Positions 9,862 through 19,043 of a DNA stretch of 60,986 bases are shown one piece after another. The notes below the pieces were generated by a model. It made no database searches. It was given only the letters and a program-made list of their open reading frames with translations, and was not told the DNA's origin. Both the position numbers and the translations under genes were made by a program. The DNA lies in the IMG/VR virus record IMGVR_UViG_3300033182_001015, positions 1 through 60,986 of that record; one strand, written 5' to 3'. This stretch comes from a virus (Duplodnaviria; Caudoviricetes). Within the stretch, counting starts at the first letter, position 1. The number at the start of each line of letters is the position of its first letter.

Positions 9862-10273
9862 CAATCCGTGGATACATCTACTTGAGGGTTGGGCATTAGA
9901 ATCAGAACATGTACAAAACTATTACGGTATGGTATATTTGTTAATTAATAAAGAAACGAAGCGCAAGTATATTGGTAAAAAGTTTTTTTGGTCGAAAGTA
10001 ACACGCAGTGTTAAAGGAAAGAAAAAGAAAGTCTTAGTCGAATCAGATTGGAAAAAATACTACGGATCAAATAAAGAACTCAAAGAAGAGCTCGCTAATG
10101 GTGCAGAGTTCGAACGTTATGTAGTTCATTTATGCAAATCAAAAACAGAGTGTGCATACTGGGAAATGGATTATCAGATAAGGTGCGAAGCTCTGTTAAC
10201 AGAAGAATACTATAACCAATTTATTGGTGGGAAGATAAACGGAAAATGGTTGAAGAGAAACCTCATTACGTAG
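9839..10273 (+). CDS. GIY-YIG endonuclease, conserved T4-like type
   Basis: GMVYLLINKETKRKYIGKK...ESDWKKYYGS; YYN at C-terminus. Confidence 0.8.
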   Translation: MLTQSSYDNPWIHLLEGWALESEHVQNYYGMVYLLINKETKRKYIGKKFFWSKVTRSVKGKKKKVLVESDWKKYYGSNKELKEELANGAEFERYVVHLCKSKTECAYWEMDYQIRCEALLTEEYYNQFIGGKINGKWLKRNLIT

Positions 10274-10488
10274 CAATTACACAGGCTGGTTGTCAACCTT
10301 GTGAAATGCTTAAATTATATGTTGAACAAAATGATATGCAATGTGAAATGCTAGAAATTGATGTAGATATTTCTCGTGATACACTACAAAGATTATATCC
10401 TTCAATCAAAGAAGAAGGATTTCCATTTTGTACAGTAGATGGTAAACCGGTAGGTAATTTAATTTATTATTGGGAGAGTGGTTTATAA
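10246..10488 (+). CDS. Glutaredoxin-like protein
   Basis: CQPC motif, FP cis-Pro motif and VDGKPVG; close to nrdAB. Confidence 0.8.
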   Translation: MVEEKPHYVAITQAGCQPCEMLKLYVEQNDMQCEMLEIDVDISRDTLQRLYPSIKEEGFPFCTVDGKPVGNLIYYWESGL

Positions 10489-10664
10489 TGTTAGATGTAT
10501 GGAGAGTTAAGAAGACTCGCGAGATTGTTTATCCAATTGGCAATCAAGATAATAATTATACCTTATGCTTGTTTCGACACAGGACAAAAACATATAAAGG
10601 TAATTACGGGGATGTACGATCAGTACGAACCGATAATCTGATCAAGGATCGTGAGAATGGCTGA
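10488..10664 (+). CDS. Hypothetical protein
   Basis: TAATG coupling; fills the gap. Confidence 0.55.
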   Translation: MLDVWRVKKTREIVYPIGNQDNNYTLCLFRHRTKTYKGNYGDVRSVRTDNLIKDRENG

Positions 10665-11652
10665 GATCATTAGTGGCGAGTTTGTTCGTAATGAAATAAA
10701 TCAAAAATCTTTTGGTGGTACTGAGCAACTAACAAGTAAAGTAGCTGAAAGACTGCCTAAAGATTTATTGCAAGATTTTCAAATTGTTTCGTCTCGTGTC
10801 AGAGAGCTAGATGAAGATAAGATTCGAATCTTTTGGGCTCATGATTTACCTGGTGATCCCGAATCAGAGTTTCTTGCGACTTATATTGGCCGTAATCAGT
10901 TTCATAAGTATGTGTTTGTTTCTAATTGGCAAATGCAGGGATATATCCAACGCTATGGTCTTAAACCATCTCAATGTGTAGTACTACGTAATTTTATTGA
11001 TCCTATCGAAGAGCACGAAAAACCAGATGATAAGATCAATATCATTTATCATACAACTCCACATCGTGGTTTGAATATTCTAGTACCAGTTTTTAATAAG
11101 CTATGCGAGAAATATGATAATATTCATCTCGATGTGTATTCATCATTTGCTCTTTATGGCTGGGAAGTGCGTGATAAAGAATATGAACAAACATATCAGA
11201 TGATTAAGGATAATCCTCAGTCTACATATCATGGTACTCAGCCGAATGATGTTGTACGTGAAGCATTAAAGAAATCACATATCTTTGCGTATCCAACTAT
11301 TTGGAATGAAACATCATGTCTTTGTTTAATGGAAGCGATGTCAGCTAAAAACCTCTGTGTACATTCTAATTTTGGTGGCATATATGAAACTGCATCACAT
11401 TGGACTAACATGTACCAATATCATGAACATCCGAATTCACATGCATCAGCTTGTTACAATATGTTAGATCTTACTATTGAGAATTATGCACAGATGCAAT
11501 TGAATACTGCACCAACAAAAGTGTACACTGATACCTTTTATAGTTGGGCAAATAGAGAAGCAGAATGGCTAGCACTATTGAATTCACTAAAAGCTGCGGT
11601 CGATGATAGATCAATTCCTAAAGAAACATTTTCGTACTCAACCGTCGCATGA
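10657..11652 (+). CDS. Glycosyltransferase, GT-B fold (GT4-like)
   Basis: GGTE, WAHD, FVSNWQ, TPHRGL, FAYPT.WNETSCLCLMEAM (ExxxxxxxE) motifs. Confidence 0.9.
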   Translation: MAEIISGEFVRNEINQKSFGGTEQLTSKVAERLPKDLLQDFQIVSSRVRELDEDKIRIFWAHDLPGDPESEFLATYIGRNQFHKYVFVSNWQMQGYIQRYGLKPSQCVVLRNFIDPIEEHEKPDDKINIIYHTTPHRGLNILVPVFNKLCEKYDNIHLDVYSSFALYGWEVRDKEYEQTYQMIKDNPQSTYHGTQPNDVVREALKKSHIFAYPTIWNETSCLCLMEAMSAKNLCVHSNFGGIYETASHWTNMYQYHEHPNSHASACYNMLDLTIENYAQMQLNTAPTKVYTDTFYSWANREAEWLALLNSLKAAVDDRSIPKETFSYSTVA

Positions 11653-11660
11653 TATAAATA
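11653..11660 (+). promoter_or_regulatory. T4-type late promoter TATAAATA
   Basis: Exact consensus, 5 nt before ATG 11666. Confidence 0.75.
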
Positions 11661-11665
11661 ACTCT

Positions 11666-11986
11666 ATGAGCAACGTCATAGAGTTTCCGATAGACCGCCG
11701 ACTCGAGCAAATGGCGATTGAGGAAGGATTTAATATCTACGATAAAGTAGAGACAGCAGAATTAGATACGGATCAATACCTATCTGAAATGCTGAGTAGT
11801 ATGTTTAATAATGATTATCGTGTTGATAATGAAGATTACGTTTACGATATTTCTTTCCTCTACGAAACACTTAAATCATTTATCTATAAGATGAATGACT
11901 GCCATCATCCTATTCAGCACTTCGCTAAAAACTTATACTGGGATGCCGTACATCCTGACACCGCGCAATTAGAATTTGATTTTTAG
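11666..11986 (+). CDS. Hypothetical protein (MSNVIEFP...)
   Basis: Start reassigned to the ATG after the late promoter; NVIEFP N-terminus is typical of T4-like genes before rnh. Confidence 0.7.
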   Translation: MSNVIEFPIDRRLEQMAIEEGFNIYDKVETAELDTDQYLSEMLSSMFNNDYRVDNEDYVYDISFLYETLKSFIYKMNDCHHPIQHFAKNLYWDAVHPDTAQLEFDF

Positions 11987-11987
11987 G

Positions 11988-12016
11988 TTTACAAGACCAC
12001 TTTTATTTGGTAGAAT
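11988..12016 (+). promoter_or_regulatory. Sigma70-like promoter TTTACA-N17-TAGAAT
   Basis: Intergenic, upstream of rnh. Confidence 0.6.
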
Positions 12017-12043
12017 ATATCAGTAAATAAGTGGAGTTTAACA

Positions 12044-12880
12044 GTGATTATTTTAGATTACAACCAAGTAGCCCTCGCCAATCTCATGGTTAGTGGCCCA
12101 AAGAATGTTCAAGTAAACGAGGATTTGCTACGACATATGATCCTCAACTCAATTCGCTCAAACAAAGTCAAGTTCGAACAAGAATTCGGCGAGCTAGTCA
12201 TTGCCTGCGATGCTACGTCTAACTGGCGCAAACAGTTTTTCCCGTACTATAAAGCAAATCGTAAGAAGAATCGTCAAGATTCTGGACTAGATTGGAATGA
12301 GATTTTTCGTGTGCTAAATATGGTCCGCGATGAACTCGCCGAGTTCTTCCCTTATCCCACTGTTCGAGTAGAAAATGCTGAAGCAGACGATGTTATTGCT
12401 ACACTCTGTCATGAGCATGGTCGTGAACTCGGCGGTGAACCTATCCTCATTCTTTCAGGTGACAAAGACTTCCAACAACTGCAGAAGTATGCGAACGTGC
12501 AACAGTTCGATCCAGTACGTAAGCGTTGGATCAAGTGTAATGATCCTGAACTCTTCCTCAAAGAACACATTATTAAAGGTGACACCGGTGATGGTATCCC
12601 TAATGTGTTAAGTTCTGATGATACATTTGTAGCCAATGCACGACAGAAGCCATTACGAGCAAAGCGTATGGATGAATTATTGAAAGAAGTTCCTGAAGAA
12701 TTACTACACAACTATCATCGTAATCGTATGATGATAGATCTTGATCGTGTACCTGCAGAAATCAAGCAAGAAACGTTACAGCAAATGTCAGAGCAAAGTA
12801 GTAAGACTCGGGCAAAGCTGTTCAACTATTTTATCAAATATAAATTAAAGAACCTTACTGAATGTATTTCGGAGTTTTAA
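12044..12880 (+). CDS. rnh: T4-type RNase H / 5'-3' flap exonuclease
   Basis: NWRK.FFPYYKANRK, EADDVIA, SGDKDFQQL, GDTGDGIPN motifs. Confidence 0.95.
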   Translation: MIILDYNQVALANLMVSGPKNVQVNEDLLRHMILNSIRSNKVKFEQEFGELVIACDATSNWRKQFFPYYKANRKKNRQDSGLDWNEIFRVLNMVRDELAEFFPYPTVRVENAEADDVIATLCHEHGRELGGEPILILSGDKDFQQLQKYANVQQFDPVRKRWIKCNDPELFLKEHIIKGDTGDGIPNVLSSDDTFVANARQKPLRAKRMDELLKEVPEELLHNYHRNRMMIDLDRVPAEIKQETLQQMSEQSSKTRAKLFNYFIKYKLKNLTECISEF

Positions 12881-13309
12881 ATGGCAAAGTTAATCAGCGA
12901 TATCTTTAAAGAGATTGAGAAAACAACTGGTCGAAAAAATAAGATCGCTAAACTAAAAGAATATGAATCTAATAATGCTTTTATGCAGATCTTAGAAGCA
13001 GTATGTGATGTACGTGTTATCTTTGAATTGCCTGAAGGAGCTCCTCCTTTTAATTCGCCAGAAGATATGATCGATAATACTGGCGGTCTGTATCAAGAGA
13101 TGCGTAAGATGTATATCTTTACAAAGAATCAACGTAGTGCTAACATTCATAAGATTAAGCGTGAACGTGTATTCATAGAGATGCTAGAGAGTATTCATCC
13201 AGAAGATGCGAAGCTAATGCTTAGTGTCAAGGATAAGAAACTGCCATATAAGGGTATCACAACAAAACTAGTACAGGAAGCATTCCCCGAAAGGTTCAAA
13301 TATGAGTAA
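12881..13309 (+). CDS. Conserved T4-like hypothetical protein (DUF6433-like)
   Basis: LPEGAPPF...KRERVFIEMLESIHPEDAKL motif; usual position after rnh. Confidence 0.75.
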   Translation: MAKLISDIFKEIEKTTGRKNKIAKLKEYESNNAFMQILEAVCDVRVIFELPEGAPPFNSPEDMIDNTGGLYQEMRKMYIFTKNQRSANIHKIKRERVFIEMLESIHPEDAKLMLSVKDKKLPYKGITTKLVQEAFPERFKYE

Positions 13310-13472
13310 ATCTAAACGAGAAAGTAACTATCGCAAAGAAGAACGCCGTTATCAAGACGGCGATTCACGAGAATTTATCCATGAGTATCGTGAACATAAG
13401 CACGAAAAAAGAGTACAAAACTTGCTGCGATCTAACGATATTGAGGCCTTGTTGGAAGAAGACGAGTTATAA
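13302..13472 (+). CDS. Small hypothetical protein (56 aa)
   Basis: Hand-translated MSKSKRESNYRKEERR...; fills the gap. Confidence 0.55.
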   Translation: MSKSKRESNYRKEERRYQDGDSREFIHEYREHKHEKRVQNLLRSNDIEALLEEDEL

Positions 13473-13475
13473 ATA
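13468..13475 (+). promoter_or_regulatory. T4-type late promoter TATAAATA
   Basis: Exact consensus, 5 nt before ATG 13481. Confidence 0.75.
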
Positions 13476-13480
13476 ACTCT

Positions 13481-13714
13481 ATGCCGACATACACATATCT
13501 AAATAATGAGACCGGTGAGTACGAAGACCATCTGCACAAGATCTCCGAAATGGATGACTTCACTTCCAGGCACCCGCATCTCACTCGTGTTATCACAACG
13601 AATAAGACAAGTATTGTTACTGGCGTCAATCAAAGACCTGACGCCGGATTTCGTGATGTTCTCAAATCAATCAAGAAAGCCTCAGGGAGGGGCAACACAA
13701 TCGAAACTTTTTAA
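13481..13714 (+). CDS. FmdB-like small regulatory protein lacking the Zn-ribbon cysteines
   Basis: MPTYTY N-terminus; PDAGFRDVLKSIK motif; usual position before phoH. Confidence 0.7.
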   Translation: MPTYTYLNNETGEYEDHLHKISEMDDFTSRHPHLTRVITTNKTSIVTGVNQRPDAGFRDVLKSIKKASGRGNTIETF

Positions 13715-13746
13715 CCCGTAAGTATAACAAAAAAAGAGTAGGTTAT

Positions 13747-14487
13747 ATGGCACTTTCGAAGAGACAGCGTCGTTCGCTGAGAAAAAACGGTATCTTAGAC
13801 TCGAACGAACACGTACCACAGAGAGGCATGAAACTTCAGCCAATCTTACCGAAAACTTTTGCTCAACAATTGACGTTTGATGCATTCGACTCAGGAGATC
13901 ACTTACTACTTCATGGAATGGCAGGTACAGGTAAAACGTTTATATCATTTTACTTGGCACTGTCCGAACTTTTCAATAACCCCGACTGCGAATTCTATGA
14001 CATCACTGTCGTAAGATCTGCGGTACCAACCAGAGATATCGGCTTCCTTCCGGGTAATGAAGACGAAAAGCTATCAGTATATGAAGAACCTTATCGAGCA
14101 ATTTGTAACGAGTTGTTTCGACGTGGTGACGCATACGATATCCTGAAAGAGAAAGACCTCGTAAAATTTATGTGTACATCTTTTGTCAGAGGCTGTACAA
14201 TGGATAATACTATTGTCATAGTAGACGAAGTGAATAACATGAATTTTCACGAATTAGATTCGCTTATTACACGAATTGGTGACAACGCACGACTCATCTT
14301 TTGCGGTGACTTCCGCCAAAGTGATTTGACCAAACAACAGGAGAGACAAGGTCTCTTAGATTTTATGAAGATTATTGACAGACTGAATGGATTCGAGCAT
14401 ATTGAATTCCGTGCTAACGATATCGTTAGATCAGTACTGGTGAAGGAGTATATCATTGCAAGAGAAGAGCTCGGACTTTGCGCTTAA
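13747..14487 (+). CDS. phoH: PhoH-family ATPase
   Basis: GMAGTGKT Walker A, RDIGFLPG, IVDE, GDFRQSDL, DIVRS motifs. Confidence 0.95.
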   Translation: MALSKRQRRSLRKNGILDSNEHVPQRGMKLQPILPKTFAQQLTFDAFDSGDHLLLHGMAGTGKTFISFYLALSELFNNPDCEFYDITVVRSAVPTRDIGFLPGNEDEKLSVYEEPYRAICNELFRRGDAYDILKEKDLVKFMCTSFVRGCTMDNTIVIVDEVNNMNFHELDSLITRIGDNARLIFCGDFRQSDLTKQQERQGLLDFMKIIDRLNGFEHIEFRANDIVRSVLVKEYIIAREELGLCA

Positions 14488-15139
14488 ATTATTTGAACCC
14501 AAAACCCTAAAACGCATCAACGAGGACGGCAAGCGGCTGTACGTTACTGAAAGCGGAGAAAAGTATCCATCAGTAACGTCAGCCCTTGGCGCATTATCGA
14601 GGAAGAAAATATGGGAATGGCGAAAACGTGTGGGCGCGGAGACTGCCAACAAGATCTCAACACAGGCATCGCGCGCAGGTACTGCAGTGCACCAAATTGC
14701 CGAGGACTATATTCTGAATCAGATGAAAGAAGACGCGAATCCGATCGCGCTAAACACTTTCAGAACCATCCAACCTTATCTCGATCAGAACGTGGACGAA
14801 ATCTACGGGGTCGAACTGCAAATGTATTCGGACGAATTAAAAACGGCAGGTACAGCTGATCTCATTTGCCGTTACGAAGGTAAGAATACAATTCTTGATT
14901 TTAAAACATCTAAACGTTACAAGTCTAAAGACGAGATTCACTCGTACTTTATGCAAGGTGCTGCATATGCCACGATGGTCAAAGAACACTATGATATGGA
15001 TATAGATAGAATTGTTATTCTCATGGCTGTCAATGCTGGCGAAAGTGCAATTGTATTTGACGAACCTCTTGAAAATTGGCAACCAATGACACGTAAATTC
15101 TTTGATCTATATCATAAAGGCAAACTAAAGGACTTCTAA
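14456..15139 (+). CDS. PD-(D/E)XK exonuclease (T4-like exonuclease A / Cas4-like)
   Basis: YPSVT, GTAVH, AGTADL, DFKTS, YFMQ motifs; start codon uncertain. Confidence 0.85.
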   Translation: MQEKSSDFALKLFEPKTLKRINEDGKRLYVTESGEKYPSVTSALGALSRKKIWEWRKRVGAETANKISTQASRAGTAVHQIAEDYILNQMKEDANPIALNTFRTIQPYLDQNVDEIYGVELQMYSDELKTAGTADLICRYEGKNTILDFKTSKRYKSKDEIHSYFMQGAAYATMVKEHYDMDIDRIVILMAVNAGESAIVFDEPLENWQPMTRKFFDLYHKGKLKDF

Positions 15140-15783
15140 TGAGAGCTGTACAATATATTGTAATACCCAATGCAATATCTGCTGAACTTTGTGAAAAAGC
15201 TATTGATTTGGGAGATAGTTTAGAACTACGATATGCTACGACTGACGGCGGAAAAGATTCTCCAACTGCGCATGTAAGAAACTCAAGTGTAGAATGGTTT
15301 ATCGAGGATAATTTTAATAGTAAAGAAGATAAAGAAACAATGGTTGAGGTGTATGACGCAGTCGATGGTTGTTTTAATAGAGCTCTTGCTGATTGGGCTA
15401 TGGATGATATTCAAATTGTAGATAGACAGCCATATCAATATACTAATTATCGAAAAGGACAATACTACGATTGGCATCGTGATTCACGTGAAGAGCCATA
15501 TGATACGACTGAATATACCGGTCTACAACGCAAATTTAGTTTAAGCGTATTATTAAATCCGACCGATGAATATGAAGGTGGTAATTTTCAAATAGAAACG
15601 AACTGGCACCACGGTCCACATGAAAATTGGAATAGAGTAGTAACGTTCGATCCAAATCAATATGATATAGGTCAGGGTACTGTCATTATTTTTTGGTCAC
15701 ACTTATATCATCGTGTAGCACCAGTAAGGAAGGGCATACGTAAGTCACTAGTTGCTTGGTATCTTGGTCCGCCCTTCGTTTAA
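15139..15783 (+). CDS. 2OG-Fe(II) oxygenase (prolyl-4-hydroxylase-like)
   Basis: YDWHRD (HxD), RKFSLSVLL, YEGG, HRVAPV.KG.RKSLVAW. Confidence 0.9.
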   Translation: MRAVQYIVIPNAISAELCEKAIDLGDSLELRYATTDGGKDSPTAHVRNSSVEWFIEDNFNSKEDKETMVEVYDAVDGCFNRALADWAMDDIQIVDRQPYQYTNYRKGQYYDWHRDSREEPYDTTEYTGLQRKFSLSVLLNPTDEYEGGNFQIETNWHHGPHENWNRVVTFDPNQYDIGQGTVIIFWSHLYHRVAPVRKGIRKSLVAWYLGPPFV

Positions 15784-15806
15784 TTGGATTAACTGATCTA
15801 TTCCAC

Positions 15807-16283
15807 TTAATTATTCAGCGGATTATCAAGTATAATCTGAATCTTCTCTTCGAGATCATTTCTCGTCTGACGTAAATCTTCATCGAGCGTTCGCATGCGC
15901 TCGTTTACTTTAGACTCAATACTATACACATCATCACGTAGTTCACGTTGAGTGCTATTAGTAGTATCATCAATACGTCTAGCAAGTGTTTCGACTTTAT
16001 CCATATCCTCAGTGAGTCTGTCATCGGTCAATTCGATCTGCTTCTCTAGCTGATCCATCATATCACTGAGTGTATTCATTGTTTCTAACTGTACTGCTAA
16101 CTCTTGTTCAATATGAGACAGGTCAGGAGCCACGTACTCCTCAATCTGTGCCTTCATATTGCGGTAATCATTATAAAATTCGAATGCTCCCCACGCACCA
16201 CCGCCGAGGGTTGATAATGCTGTCAACACGACAAACATCTTACCACCTTTAAACGTCATGCCAGCAAATTCAAATTCTGCCAT
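15807..16283 (-). CDS. Membrane-anchored coiled-coil protein
   Basis: N-terminal hydrophobic/Gly helix followed by a long heptad region. Confidence 0.75.
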   Translation of the reverse strand: MAEFEFAGMTFKGGKMFVVLTALSTLGGGAWGAFEFYNDYRNMKAQIEEYVAPDLSHIEQELAVQLETMNTLSDMMDQLEKQIELTDDRLTEDMDKVETLARRIDDTTNSTQRELRDDVYSIESKVNERMRTLDEDLRQTRNDLEEKIQIILDNPLNN

Positions 16284-16368
16284 CTTTCTTTGCCTTCTCT
16301 GCTAATTTTCTATCTGTAGTTCTGATGATAATAGCACCATCTTTATCGTAAATCGTATACCACTTCAT
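16270..16368 (-). CDS. Small 32-aa protein
   Basis: Hand-translated MKWYTIYDKDGAIIIRTTDRKLAEKAKKDGRI; ATGA overlap with the upstream gene. Confidence 0.5.
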   Translation of the reverse strand: MKWYTIYDKDGAIIIRTTDRKLAEKAKKDGRI

Positions 16369-16826
16369 AGTATACTCACAAAGCCGGCAATTAATACACC
16401 ACAAAATACAAAGAAGCCGGCGATAGCTGCTACATCAATATAAAATGCTTTTTTACGGGCAGCTGCTTGTGCTGCTTCGATTCTACGTTGACGAATGACT
16501 CGTCTTTCTTTCATCATATCTTCGTAGAATTGTTGTTGACCAGTATAAAGCAAAAATTCGTATAGTTCTTTTTCGAGTTGCTTTATCTTGTGTCGTGCTG
16601 CGGTGACCTGTAGTGCCTGTGCTTCTACACTACTTCCACCAAATAATGATCCCACCATGGATGGGTTTTTAGCGTGTTGATCTGCTTCTGCTAGTGTTTC
16701 CTTCGCATCAAAGAATTTTGCAAAAACATCGTACATATCTTGGACCTCTTGGCCCTTCTCAATCGCTCCTTTAATCATATTAAATGCAGAACCAGCCATC
16801 GACAACGCGGCGGCTATTTCTACCAT
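16365..16826 (-). CDS. Helical protein with C-terminal TM anchor
   Basis: Amphipathic helices followed by VAAIAGFFVFCGVLIAGFVSIL. Confidence 0.75.
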   Translation of the reverse strand: MVEIAAALSMAGSAFNMIKGAIEKGQEVQDMYDVFAKFFDAKETLAEADQHAKNPSMVGSLFGGSSVEAQALQVTAARHKIKQLEKELYEFLLYTGQQQFYEDMMKERRVIRQRRIEAAQAAARKKAFYIDVAAIAGFFVFCGVLIAGFVSIL

Positions 16827-16831
16827 TATGA

Positions 16832-17287
16832 CTAATCTCCGTTAGCTATTACGTTCCCTGCTTTTGGTGCCTCAAACTGTAAATTCTTTAACATCTGAAT
16901 CTCACGTTGCAGTTTGAGTACTTCTAACCGCTTCTTCTCAAGTTCTAATTCATACAGTCTATTACAGTTCAATCTCTTTTTAGGTGCGCCGATAGGAATT
17001 GTAATTCTACCGTATACACCGATATCTCTCAAAAACTCATCTTGATTGTAGTTCAGTGTAGGATCATTATTGAACTGATACATCGGATCGTTCTGATTCA
17101 GAATGCCTACTACACCAAACTCTACGTTCGTTGACGAACCAATTGCTGCTGAACATTCTACATCACCGGCTCGTACTCTGTCAGATTGAAAACTCTGAGG
17201 AGCATTCGGTATGGCAATGTTAACACCAGTATTTTGTGCATAAACAAAAGAAGGCAGCAACATCAAAATTGTCAATAGTTTTTTCAT
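16832..17287 (-). CDS. Exported protein (signal peptide, 2 Cys, C-terminal coiled coil)
   Basis: MKKLLTILMLLPSFVYA|Q signal peptide; ATGA overlap with the upstream gene. Confidence 0.75.
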   Translation of the reverse strand: MKKLLTILMLLPSFVYAQNTGVNIAIPNAPQSFQSDRVRAGDVECSAAIGSSTNVEFGVVGILNQNDPMYQFNNDPTLNYNQDEFLRDIGVYGRITIPIGAPKKRLNCNRLYELELEKKRLEVLKLQREIQMLKNLQFEAPKAGNVIANGD

Positions 17288-17658
17288 CGTTTTACTTTCG
17301 AACATATTCTAGACGAGACCAATGACGCCGTATCTTTACGCTTTACAATCTGTGTTCGTGAACAGACGTATACAACTCTGTCGAGGTCTTCCGCTTTTAT
17401 GTATATATTTATGACTTTCCTTTCTAAGTAGGCAACATGAGTAGTACGTTCATACGCAGCCCATGGTATATGCATAAACTCAACATCTAATACGTCGAAA
17501 GTAAAGTAGTTGATATCGGCACGAGAGTTCCAGAGAGTCATATCAAACTGATATATCCCTTCGGCCCACGATTGAATTGGTTTAGGATAGGTGGGAGTCC
17601 ACGAATGGGCCGCAACGGGCCCACTCAGGACTAACAGAAGTGCCATGATATAACGCAT
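17284..17658 (-). CDS. Exported Ig-fold-like protein, possibly pilus-chaperone-like
   Basis: Signal peptide MRYIMALLLVLSGPVAA|H; TPTY after cleavage, strand-rich, TLWN motif, two Cys. Confidence 0.6.
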   Translation of the reverse strand: MRYIMALLLVLSGPVAAHSWTPTYPKPIQSWAEGIYQFDMTLWNSRADINYFTFDVLDVEFMHIPWAAYERTTHVAYLERKVINIYIKAEDLDRVVYVCSRTQIVKRKDTASLVSSRICSKVKR

Positions 17659-17661
17659 GGT

Positions 17662-18159
17662 TTAGAGTGCTATACAGTTAGCTTCCACGATAGAGGTGTA
17701 AGTACCACCAGGAAGTGCTTTGCTATAACCATAATCAGCTTCTGAGCTGACCTTAAACCACGTGCTACCAGCGATTGACAGATCTACTTCTGTCGTATTA
17801 TCGTATTCGATCTTATCAGTATCATACGCAGACATACCAGCATCTGACACAGCCTCGACTGAAGTGGATCCAGTCCATGTTACCGTATCATTGAGTGCAG
17901 GACTCTGAGAGAAAGAGATAGGATGAGAGATAACAGCTTTGTATGCATCGGCCAATACGACGTCGAAGCGTACAACGGGTTCTACACCACCGTCAGCTGC
18001 ATCGGTTGAGAGGATGCTTGCTGAAGGGTTACCATACACACCTTGCTTGTCGATGGTCACTACACACTTTGACTCTACGTTACCAATGATAGGAACGTCG
18101 GCAGCTTGTGCGCCGATGGCCATCATAGGAATTGAAGCGGCCAAAATTTTCTTGAACAT
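17662..18159 (-). CDS. Exported fimbrial/pilin-subunit-like protein
   Basis: Signal peptide ...AQA|A; IIGNVESKC N-terminal motif; C-terminal LPGGTYTSIVEANC; 165 aa. Confidence 0.6.
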   Translation of the reverse strand: MFKKILAASIPMMAIGAQAADVPIIGNVESKCVVTIDKQGVYGNPSASILSTDAADGGVEPVVRFDVVLADAYKAVISHPISFSQSPALNDTVTWTGSTSVEAVSDAGMSAYDTDKIEYDNTTEVDLSIAGSTWFKVSSEADYGYSKALPGGTYTSIVEANCIAL

Positions 18160-19043
18160 TAACGTTCTCCTTTATATTGTGATTTGACTAATTTGTCATG
18201 AAGTAAATCTTGCGCATACTGTAATCTGCGTCCACGATTATTACGTGGCAATGTACTATCTTTCAATGTAACAGTCTCATTATAAACAGTATCGGGCAGT
18301 TGAGTATAATATACATTCGAGAAGTTATTCAGTGCCATCATTTGTTGTTGCTTGACTGTATCTACATCATTCTGTAAGGAACGACCAACTATACCTAATA
18401 CATTTTCAAGATCAACTTCTTCTTCATCCTCTTCTTCTTTTTCAGACATCCTTTGTCTTTCACGTTCATCTTCATCTTCGTCTCTCATAGTCATTTTCCG
18501 ATCGATCTCATTTTGAATAGCTTGATCATCAAGTGGATCAATGGGTTCAACTGATGGTATATCAGGCATTTCTACCTTATATCCCGGACATGATGGATCC
18601 GATTGTGGATCAAAACATGTGTCATACTGATAAGTGTAAACCACTACTGGATCAGTGACTTTACCTTCACCTTCCCATACTATTGAGCCATCTCCCCAAT
18701 AATCGATAGGAACTCTACCAACACCAACTACTTTGTTGATAGAATTACCTGGCAATCCAGTCCAGTCGTCGGTCTCTCGGAAAATGTAACCACCGTCGAC
18801 TGCATTTTCGTTCTGTACCGTTACAAATAATGGATCATCAATATCCTTGATCGTAGTGTAACGATACAAAACAGTATTGACTTGCAAACCTGCCTGCTGA
18901 GGTAAAAGATTGCTCATTACCCACGCATATCCATTCTGGGCCGCGTTGGTCGTTTGACCAAATACTTGCTCAGAGTAGGAGTAAGAGGGCGAGCAAGCCA
19001 GCGACGCCGCCGCCAGCCATTGCAGTATCTTTAGTCTGCTCAT
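18159..19043 (-). CDS. Exported protein with beta-rich domain, CFDPQSDPSCPGY motif and acidic coiled region
   Basis: Signal or possibly lipoprotein-like N-terminus; overlaps the upstream gene by 74 bp. Confidence 0.7.
   Translation of the reverse strand: MSRLKILQWLAAASLACSPSYSYSEQVFGQTTNAAQNGYAWVMSNLLPQQAGLQVNTVLYRYTTIKDIDDPLFVTVQNENAVDGGYIFRETDDWTGLPGNSINKVVGVGRVPIDYWGDGSIVWEGEGKVTDPVVVYTYQYDTCFDPQSDPSCPGYKVEMPDIPSVEPIDPLDDQAIQNEIDRKMTMRDEDEDERERQRMSEKEEEDEEEVDLENVLGIVGRSLQNDVDTVKQQQMMALNNFSNVYYTQLPDTVYNETVTLKDSTLPRNNRGRRLQYAQDLLHDKLVKSQYKGER

Noticed and set aside
9839-10273. Mobile homing endonuclease
   Set aside because: Short catalytic-only GIY-YIG with no DNA-binding extension and no intron context; looks like the conserved core type
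14456-15139. Cas4 / CRISPR association
   Set aside because: Standard T4-like PD-(D/E)XK exonuclease next to phoH, lacking the Fe-S cysteine set
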